Shown: positions 34,586 through 40,099 of the stretch, in pieces
Position numbering within the stretch: the first letter of the stretch is position 1
Layout: every line of letters starts with the position of its first letter
IMG/VR virus record: IMGVR_UViG_3300020202_000067
Span: 17,335 to 81,334 of that record
DNA: 64,000 nucleotides
From: a virus
Taxonomy: Duplodnaviria > Heunggongvirae > Uroviricota > Caudoviricetes
Reading direction: 5' to 3' (one strand)
Program-made: the position numbers and the translations under genes
Notes under the pieces: model-generated
The model's database searches: none
What the model saw: only the letters and a program-made list of their open reading frames with translations
What the model was told of the DNA's origin: nothing

Positions 34586-34754
34586 CTGCGCCTTCGTCAA
34601 GGCGCGAGGCGTAGGCTTCTCTGACTCTGGCAGGGAAGACGCGGGACTTGGCTTTTTTGACCGCGTGTTCCGGGCTGAGCGCGTAGACTGTGCGTTCTGC
34701 TTTCGTGCCGTCATTGAGCGTGAGCTCCACTCTGTACCTTGATCTCTCTGTCAT
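34557..34754 (-). CDS. hypothetical protein
   Basis: 65 aa. The N-terminal RYRVELTLNDGTKAERTVYALSPEHAVKK looks like a genuine small fold. The C-terminal half overlaps the next gene in another frame. Confidence 0.45.
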   Translation of the reverse strand: MTERSRYRVELTLNDGTKAERTVYALSPEHAVKKAKSRVFPARVREAYASRLDEGAADDDGRWSA

Positions 34755-35274
34755 AACGCTTCACCACGCTGTTATAGATACGGGACCCGACTTCATCGGC
34801 CTCCTGCTCCCATGGAGCATTCTCGTACCTAGCCTCCTGTCCGTTGACGAGGCGTCCGTTGTAGACAACGCCTTGCCGCGTCTGGCGCAAGCGACCCTGC
34901 AACATCTGTGAGACATGGACCATCTCGTGACAGAACACCGCAAGCGGCGTAGGTGCACTGAGACACTTGTCGCACTTGCCGCACCCAGACATGCTCTCAT
35001 TGAGCGTCATCATGATCTCGCCATTCGGTCCGAGAGCGGTGCTCGTGGAGCCCCGTGCATTGCCGTTGTAGCTGTCGTCATTCAGCTCGCCTGGCTCGAT
35101 GCCGAACAGCATGCGCAGAACATTTTCCGCCGGGTTGGGCGCCTTATTGTAGAAGCGAAGGATCACTTTATTTGGGAAGCGCGCGATCCAAAGCTCACGC
35201 ACGATCTCCTTGAACGCAGCTTGGTACTGCGCTTCCTTGTCCGGTGCATTTTCGATGATCAATTCCATTCTCAT
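34711..35274 (-). CDS. HExxH metallopeptidase-like protein
   Basis: Start moved to MRMELIIEN (ATGA coupling). FCHEMVHVSQ motif. 187 aa. Confidence 0.55.
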   Translation of the reverse strand: MRMELIIENAPDKEAQYQAAFKEIVRELWIARFPNKVILRFYNKAPNPAENVLRMLFGIEPGELNDDSYNGNARGSTSTALGPNGEIMMTLNESMSGCGKCDKCLSAPTPLAVFCHEMVHVSQMLQGRLRQTRQGVVYNGRLVNGQEARYENAPWEQEADEVGSRIYNSVVKRYDREIKVQSGAHAQ

Positions 35275-35432
35275 TCCTCCAGCAACCAGGCAACACTGAC
35301 GAAGGTCTGCACAGCCGCGACCGCAGCTTGAGCAGCATCCATACCAAGCGACACTTGCACGAGGAAGGTGCCGCTGAGCATTACGGCTAGCGCCATGTGG
35401 CGCTGCCGCTTGTTGGTGATGATCTTGCTCAC
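35271..35432 (-). CDS. small hydrophobic protein (53 aa, not in track)
   Basis: GTGA-coupled GTG start. MSKIITNKRQRHMALAVMLSGTFLVQVSLG...VSVAWLLEE. Confidence 0.4.
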   Translation of the reverse strand: MSKIITNKRQRHMALAVMLSGTFLVQVSLGMDAAQAAVAAVQTFVSVAWLLEE

Positions 35433-35605
35433 TCCTCGCCTCCCAGAACCGGGCTGAGGATGATGAACGCTGCAAGTGCGCCAGCGGCCCAGGAGTGGAC
35501 GCCGTGCCCTTCCAAGAAGGCGAAGGCAAGATAGGTAAGGTGCGCTGTCTCCTCGCCCATCTTGCGAGTTGCCTTGCCTTTAATCTTTTCAATGAACTTC
35601 TTCAT
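35429..35605 (-). CDS. small membrane protein
   Basis: MKKFIEKIKG...HSWAAGALAAFIILSPVLGG. Start chosen at 35605 by analogy with the spacing in the other conserved-block copies. Confidence 0.5.
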   Translation of the reverse strand: MKKFIEKIKGKATRKMGEETAHLTYLAFAFLEGHGVHSWAAGALAAFIILSPVLGGEE

Positions 35606-35611
35606 CTGCAT

Positions 35612-35632
35612 CTCTCCATGTTGCAGGCTTCA
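35612..35632 (-). promoter_or_regulatory. start-associated conserved block, copy 1
   Basis: Minus strand TGAAGCCTGCAACATGGAGAG, then ATGCAG-ATG. Confidence 0.8.
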
Positions 35633-35980
35633 GCACGGGTCCAGAATGACTTCGATCTCCTCGGTCAGACCTCCGTTGGGGTTGTCGGCCAAACGCGCGA
35701 AGGCGTTGGCCATCGTGTTGCCGAGCTCAGTGAGCGGCTGGCCATTGCGCTGCGCCAGCGTCACGGCCGCGTTGAACAGCGCGATCATGTAGCAGCCGGG
35801 GCAGAGCGTGCCTTCGTAGCTCTTGCCCTGCCAACGCGCACGATAGCGCATGGCTCGGTCGATGGTCGTGGCCAGTTCAGCGCCGAAGTTTCCACGTGTC
35901 TTGTCAGCGATGTGCACGAGGTCCCTGTCGCCGCCATAGACGCGGCCGTCGGTGCCATTGCGAGTGAGTTCGTTCGTCAT
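35630..35980 (-). CDS. hypothetical protein
   Basis: Start moved to MTNELTRNG, immediately after block copy 2. 116 aa. Confidence 0.6.
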   Translation of the reverse strand: MTNELTRNGTDGRVYGGDRDLVHIADKTRGNFGAELATTIDRAMRYRARWQGKSYEGTLCPGCYMIALFNAAVTLAQRNGQPLTELGNTMANAFARLADNPNGGLTEEIEVILDPC

Positions 35981-35984
35981 GTAG

Positions 35985-36005
35985 CTCTCCATGTTGCAGG
36001 CTTCA
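35985..36005 (-). promoter_or_regulatory. start-associated conserved block, copy 2
   Basis: TGAAGCCTGCAACATGGAGAG, then CTAC-ATG. Confidence 0.8.
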
Positions 36006-36200
36006 TAAACCAAACCACATCGGCTTGATTGCATCAACAACAGCCAACCAGAATTCCTTCTGATCAGCAAGGTCTGCGCCGCCATAGGCGTCGTAGTAGT
36101 TGGCATTGGACAACGCTTTCTTGTGCGCCTCTTCAGCGCCAAGAGCATTGATTAGCTGCTGCGCTCGCGCATCAGCCTCCTGGTAATCAGCAAGTTTCAT
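36003..36200 (-). CDS. hypothetical protein
   Basis: Start moved to MKLADYQ (ATGA coupling; GGAGG in AAGCCGGAGGCTGC upstream). 65 aa. Confidence 0.55.
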   Translation of the reverse strand: MKLADYQEADARAQQLINALGAEEAHKKALSNANYYDAYGGADLADQKEFWLAVVDAIKPMWFGL

Positions 36201-36622
36201 GCAGCCTCCGGCTTGAAAGGGTTGTAGCCCATCGCTTTTTCTTCTTCGAACGAAGGTGCCCATGACTCCACCTTGCTGCGTCCATAGTACAGCTTGCGCA
36301 GCAGGTCGTCGCGCGTTTCCACCGGCTCAACTGCGAGCGCGGCGAGCACTTCCTTATAGCGCTCCGCACCCCACAGCTTCTTCGCGATGTCATGGTCGAA
36401 GATGAGGCTGTCAGCAGAGGGGATCTCCTCGACGATGGTGTAATCGAAGCCGTCGCGCTTCTCGGTCACAACGTAGACCAAGTGATGCGCCACGATCACG
36501 TCGGTGACACCGAAGGCTTCGCGGATGATGTCCTTGAAAAGGTCTGCATGTTCAGCGTTGCGATCATTTTCCCAGGGTCCGGCGAGGCGCATGCCCTGCG
36601 GCGTGAAGTCATCCTTCATCAT
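36197..36622 (-). CDS. hypothetical protein
   Basis: 141 aa track ORF. Its start follows block copy 3. Confidence 0.65.
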   Translation of the reverse strand: MMKDDFTPQGMRLAGPWENDRNAEHADLFKDIIREAFGVTDVIVAHHLVYVVTEKRDGFDYTIVEEIPSADSLIFDHDIAKKLWGAERYKEVLAALAVEPVETRDDLLRKLYYGRSKVESWAPSFEEEKAMGYNPFKPEAA

Positions 36623-36627
36623 TTCAT

Positions 36628-36648
36628 CGCTCCATGTTGCAGGCTTTA
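36628..36648 (-). promoter_or_regulatory. start-associated conserved block, copy 3
   Basis: TAAAGCCTGCAACATGGAGCG, then ATGAA-ATG. Confidence 0.75.
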
Positions 36649-37275
36649 AATGTATTCCATCTGCTTGGGGCTCAGCGGGCGCGCGTACTTAGGCGCAGGG
36701 TCCTTGAGCCACTCGATGAGTTGCTTGCGCAGTGACTTCTTGAAGTCGCTACGCAGGTTGGTGGTGAGCAGCTTGCGGTAGCGCGCCCACTCGTAGTATG
36801 AGCGACGGCGCAGACGCAGAAGAGGCACATAGCTCTTGAGGCCGATCTTAGAGGCGATCTCCTTGATGTCCTTACGCGCCATGCGGAGCTCAGCCGCCTT
36901 CTGAGCGCGCTGCTGAGCACGATGCCTGGCTCTCTGTTCCTTCTGCCAAGCTTCGTATTTCGCCAGCGTCTCAGCGTCAGCATCAACCGACGTAGCGAAC
37001 AATGGGTAGGTCCACCCGCGCGTCGTGGCAAACATGACCGTGAACGGCTCGCCCTTTTCATCGTCCCAAATGAGACAAAAGAAGTCGCTGTCCCAAGCGC
37101 CGTTGTGCTCCCACTCCTTGAGCACGCGACCTTCGTATTTCTTCTTGGTCCAGTAGAGCCGCGTGACGGGCCACTCTTCACCCTTGAAGGGTCCGTCATA
37201 TTGCTTCTCGGTTCCTTGCGAGTGGCCCATGGTCGCACCCGGCTCCCATGGCTCTGCGAAGACGATGAGTGCCAT
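36646..37275 (-). CDS. hypothetical protein
   Basis: Start moved to MALIVFAEPW (GGAGCG RBS). 209 aa with a basic helical C-terminal half. Confidence 0.6.
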   Translation of the reverse strand: MALIVFAEPWEPGATMGHSQGTEKQYDGPFKGEEWPVTRLYWTKKKYEGRVLKEWEHNGAWDSDFFCLIWDDEKGEPFTVMFATTRGWTYPLFATSVDADAETLAKYEAWQKEQRARHRAQQRAQKAAELRMARKDIKEIASKIGLKSYVPLLRLRRRSYYEWARYRKLLTTNLRSDFKKSLRKQLIEWLKDPAPKYARPLSPKQMEYI

Positions 37276-37277
37276 GA

Positions 37278-37613
37278 TCAATCGCTCCACTTCTCGATGT
37301 AAGCGTTCGTCTCCTTGAGCACATCCTCAAGGTTGGTGGTATAGTCGGCGAGGCAGTCCTCGACGTTGCCCCAGATGAACTGCACCCAGCCTTGATAGCC
37401 GCGCTTATCAACATTGACCGGTATCTTGGTGACGTAGAACCGATCCTCGTCGGTCGTGAACATTACATTAAGAATGGCTTCTACATCCTTGCTGCAAATC
37501 AGCACATCCTCATCGCCTTCATTCACGGTGATGAAGTAGCCAGCAGCAATCAATTCTTCCGCTGCCTTGCGCGCGATGTTGCGCTCAAGCTCTTGATCCC
37601 ATTTGCGGCTCAT
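37278..37613 (-). CDS. hypothetical protein
   Basis: 111 aa track ORF with a GGAGG RBS. Confidence 0.65.
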   Translation of the reverse strand: MSRKWDQELERNIARKAAEELIAAGYFITVNEGDEDVLICSKDVEAILNVMFTTDEDRFYVTKIPVNVDKRGYQGWVQFIWGNVEDCLADYTTNLEDVLKETNAYIEKWSD

Positions 37614-37614
37614 G

Positions 37615-37695
37615 TCAGAACCTCCAGAAGAACGGCGCTGCGAACAGCGCGACCATTGCGAGCAGTCCTGCGGTTGCGATGAGTTGCTTGATCAC
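37615..37695 (-). CDS. tiny hydrophobic peptide (26 aa, not in track)
   Basis: GTGA-coupled GTG. MIKQLIATAGLLAMVALFAAPFFWRF. Its codons supply the GGAGG RBS of the next gene. Speculative. Confidence 0.3.
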   Translation of the reverse strand: MIKQLIATAGLLAMVALFAAPFFWRF

Positions 37696-37874
37696 TCAGC
37701 CCACCCCTGCAGCTCGCCGGTGTTCTTGGAGCGGACGGCGACGGCCAACCCACCCTGCGGCGCATCTTCGATCTTCCAGGTCTGATAGGGCATGGTGCTC
37801 TCACGAGCAAAGGTGCGCGCCCACTTGAGCGCGGCTTCGAAGTCGTTGAAGGTCTTGACAGGCATCTTGTTCAT
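37692..37874 (-). CDS. hypothetical protein
   Basis: 60 aa track ORF. Its start follows block copy 4. Confidence 0.6.
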   Translation of the reverse strand: MNKMPVKTFNDFEAALKWARTFARESTMPYQTWKIEDAPQGGLAVAVRSKNTGELQGWAE

Positions 37875-37879
37875 TTCAG

Positions 37880-37900
37880 CTCTCCATGTTGCAGGCTTCA
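37880..37900 (-). promoter_or_regulatory. start-associated conserved block, copy 4
   Basis: TGAAGCCTGCAACATGGAGAG, then CTGAA-ATG. Confidence 0.85.
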
Positions 37901-38248
37901 GAAACCGTTGGTGATGCGCTCCAGCGCCTCAGCCCATGCCGCCGTGCGGTCGGCGCTCATCGCATTCGACACCGGCGAAGTCGAGCGCTCCGGCCACCGC
38001 GCGCCGCGCAGCACCAGCCGCTTGATTTCGGACAACGCAGCTTCCGGCTTGTACTCCGGCAGCTCCGTCCATGCCTTGAGGGTCAGCGCAACCTCGAACC
38101 GTGCCGCAGCCTCCATGGCATTCTGCGCCCACTCGAAGGCGTAGGCGGGATTGGACTTGAAGTTTTCCTCGAACTTGCTGAGCGCGCCGCGCACCGCTGA
38201 GTTGGAAAATTCTTCGATGAGGCTGTCGATCTTATCTTGCAGTTCCAT
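37898..38248 (-). CDS. hypothetical protein
   Basis: Start moved to MELQDKIDSL after block copy 5. 116 aa, helical. Confidence 0.6.
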   Translation of the reverse strand: MELQDKIDSLIEEFSNSAVRGALSKFEENFKSNPAYAFEWAQNAMEAAARFEVALTLKAWTELPEYKPEAALSEIKRLVLRGARWPERSTSPVSNAMSADRTAAWAEALERITNGF

Positions 38249-38252
38249 TTCT

Positions 38253-38273
38253 CTCTCCATGTTGCAGGCTTCA
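38253..38273 (-). promoter_or_regulatory. start-associated conserved block, copy 5
   Basis: TGAAGCCTGCAACATGGAGAG, then AGAA-ATG. Here the leading TGA is not the upstream stop, which lies at 38293-38295. Confidence 0.85.
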
Positions 38274-38292
38274 GGCGTCCAGGGCAGTTCAG

Positions 38293-38574
38293 TCATCCAA
38301 GGTTGAATGGCTTGCGTCCTCCCCTTGTGGCATTGTCGATCTTGTCCATGACCGCGTAGAGAGCAGCCTGCTCTTTCTTCAGCGCCTTGCCGCGTGCACT
38401 CTTGAGCACGCTGTTGACCAGCCGTCGGCTATAGCGCTGGGTCTTGCTCTTGTTGATCGCGGCTTCAATGAGCTCGTCGATCTCCTTATCGATCACGTCA
38501 CAACGTGTTTCGGCGAGGCGGTAGATGCCCCACGTGGTGTTGATCGCTGCCTTCTCTTCCTTCGTTAGTTTCAT
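38293..38574 (-). CDS. hypothetical protein
   Basis: 93 aa track ORF. Its start follows block copy 6. Confidence 0.65.
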   Translation of the reverse strand: MKLTKEEKAAINTTWGIYRLAETRCDVIDKEIDELIEAAINKSKTQRYSRRLVNSVLKSARGKALKKEQAALYAVMDKIDNATRGGRKPFNLG

Positions 38575-38579
38575 TTCAG

Positions 38580-38600
38580 CTCTCCATGTTGCAGGCTTGA
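38580..38600 (-). promoter_or_regulatory. start-associated conserved block, copy 6
   Basis: TCAAGCCTGCAACATGGAGAG, then CTGAA-ATG. Confidence 0.85.
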
Positions 38601-38602
38601 AT

Positions 38603-38806
38603 TCACTTCATCGCTTCTTCAAAGAAGTTCGCCCACATGTCCGGCTGCCTCTCCGCCTTGGCCGCAGCCTCTCGGACCTTCGCGCCGGAGAAGGGCGGAT
38701 ACTTCTTGGAGCGCGGCTTCTTGTACGTGTCGGTCGCCTCGTCGTAGCGGTAGTTGCCGAATTGGCGCAGCATGCGCTCGAACTCTTGCAGCATCGTCGG
38801 TTTCAT
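38603..38806 (-). CDS. hypothetical protein
   Basis: 67 aa track ORF. Its start follows degenerate block copy 7. Confidence 0.6.
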   Translation of the reverse strand: MKPTMLQEFERMLRQFGNYRYDEATDTYKKPRSKKYPPFSGAKVREAAAKAERQPDMWANFFEEAMK

Positions 38807-38811
38807 TTCAG

Positions 38812-38832
38812 CTCTCCATGTTCAAGCAGGCC
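38812..38832 (-). promoter_or_regulatory. start-associated conserved block, copy 7 (degenerate 5' half)
   Basis: GGCCTGCTTGAACATGGAGAG, then CTGAA-ATG. Confidence 0.6.
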
Positions 38833-39049
38833 ATTCTTCGATCAAGGCGACGAATTCGTCCCCATCCATCATCGCGAGCTTTTCGAGTTGATTGTTGCTG
38901 AACTTGCCGCTGTCTTCGAGTTGATCGAAGACTTCCTGACCCAGCTCCAACCACGACTTGTTGAGCAACTTGCCGGGCTCGGACGGATCGATCTTCTTGA
39001 CTTCAGTGCTCACACCTTGGTAACGGAAAACATATGTCTTCGTCTTCAT
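38822..39049 (-). CDS. hypothetical protein (first gene after the 400-bp non-coding gap)
   Basis: 75 aa track ORF. Its start follows half-copy 8. Confidence 0.6.
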   Translation of the reverse strand: MKTKTYVFRYQGVSTEVKKIDPSEPGKLLNKSWLELGQEVFDQLEDSGKFSNNQLEKLAMMDGDEFVALIEEWPA

Positions 39050-39054
39050 TTCAG

Positions 39055-39063
39055 CTCTCCATG
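39055..39063 (-). promoter_or_regulatory. start-associated block, half-copy 8 (3' half only)
   Basis: CATGGAGAG then CTGAA-ATG. The 5' half is replaced by a long hairpin. Confidence 0.55.
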
Positions 39064-39120
39064 AGACAACAGGAAAGCGGCGGCAGGGTTGCGCCCCGTC
39101 GCCGCTTGATCTCTTGTCTC
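39063..39120 (-). other. extended stem-loop directly upstream of the first RBS of the small-gene array
   Basis: GAGACAA / TTGTCTC outer stem and AAGCGGCG / CGCCGCTT inner stem (8 bp perfect). On the minus strand it is followed by UUUCCUGUUGUCUC. Confidence 0.6.
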
Positions 39121-39453
39121 CAATTTTACTCTCTTGCCCCCGCTAGCAGCGTCTGTCGGCTAAGCGATCACGGCACCGTCGCGGTGGCGCGTCGCTCGCT
39201 CGGGATGCAGGACCGCCCGGTGAGCATGTTGCTCATCAACGCGAGAGGTCGCTACGCTCTTGCGTTGATGAACTCCCGCTGGAGACCACCTCTCGCTGCC
39301 CAACTGTTGTTGTCTTATTGGCTTGGTGGCGAGGGTACCAGTCAGAAGGACCTTTTATGCTTGGGCGTTCCGACCCGCTTTCTTTCTTTTTCAACCTGTG
39401 GCCGGATTATGCCTGAAATGATAAAGAAAGAAAACATATTTTTTCAACAGTGA

Positions 39454-39894
39454 TTACATGGACTTAGCGTAAATCAGGTCGTGGTAGACCTGGTCCCAAT
39501 CCCACTGCGCAGGTCCGCCAGAGTTTTCGAAAATCCAAAAACGCTTCGGCACGCCAACAAGTCCGGACGTGGCAAGATCGCGTATAGCCGCGCCTCTCAA
39601 CAGAATGAGATCATCACGCGCTTCACGTCGTTTGCCAGCCTTCGCCAGACGACGCACAGCGATGAAGACGCGACCACCATTGCGTATGCGACGCTCTATC
39701 CAACCCACCTGCGATGGCTGCACTTCACACGCGCTCGCCTCACAGCGCTTGTTCTCGATCCAACCTTCTGTGCCATCATGGCAGTAGTTCATGTCGGGCA
39801 CTCCTTGGCCCGTGCTCCATGTCTCCACCGCCTGCCAATGCACCATCGGTAGATGTTGTTGAAATAGTTGTCGCAGTCCCCCGTCGGTCTTCAC
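39454..39894 (-). CDS. VRR-NUC / PD-(D/E)xK endonuclease
   Basis: 146 aa, GTG start with a GAGG RBS. GVPDMNY...GWIENK matches the D...E.K nuclease core. Confidence 0.65.
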   Translation of the reverse strand: MKTDGGLRQLFQQHLPMVHWQAVETWSTGQGVPDMNYCHDGTEGWIENKRCEASACEVQPSQVGWIERRIRNGGRVFIAVRRLAKAGKRREARDDLILLRGAAIRDLATSGLVGVPKRFWIFENSGGPAQWDWDQVYHDLIYAKSM

Positions 39895-40099
39895 GCTGAA
39901 ACCTCGTCCATGGCAAATCGCGCGGCTTCATCACGCGCTCCATTGTGGTGAATGTTCTTCCACAAGACAAACATTTGCGATGCCGTCTAGCACGACGTGT
40001 CTGCATCACCTTGCTTGCGCTGTACCGGCAATAGGGGCAACAGACCTCTGTCTGCGAACTCTTTGCTCCGGATCTTGGCAGTCTGATCCTAGCCATCAA
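39776..40099 (-). CDS. NrdR-like zinc-ribbon protein (no ATP-cone)
   Basis: CPYCRYSASKVMQTRRA..RRHRKCLSCGRTFTTMERV parallels the NrdR N-terminal zinc ribbon. The 3' 119 nt overlap the VRR-NUC gene and look like out-of-frame sequence. Confidence 0.45.
   Translation of the reverse strand: MMARIRLPRSGAKSSQTEVCCPYCRYSASKVMQTRRARRHRKCLSCGRTFTTMERVMKPRDLPWTRFQREDRRGTATTISTTSTDGALAGGGDMEHGPRSARHELLP

Noticed and set aside
34711-35592. 293-aa track ORF
   Set aside because: Its first 106 aa are R/S/A/C-rich junk. That region is covered in other frames by two coupled small ORFs (35271-35432 and 35429-35605). An ATGA-coupled start at 35274 gives a clean HExxH protein.
35630-38296. N-terminal extensions of track ORFs 35630-36148, 36003-36263 and 37898-38296
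   Set aside because: The extensions read straight through conserved start-associated blocks or overlap upstream genes. Internal ATGs sit at the conserved spacing after GGAGAG.
38525-39064. 179-aa plus-strand ORF across the small-gene array
   Set aside because: It is antisense to four well-supported minus-strand genes, has a low-complexity R/L/A-rich translation and no RBS.
39050-39453. tRNA, tmRNA or group I intron in the non-coding gap
   Set aside because: No T-loop GTTCGAATC-type motif, acceptor/anticodon cloverleaf or conserved intron core could be found on either strand by eye. This needs tRNAscan/Infernal to be certain.
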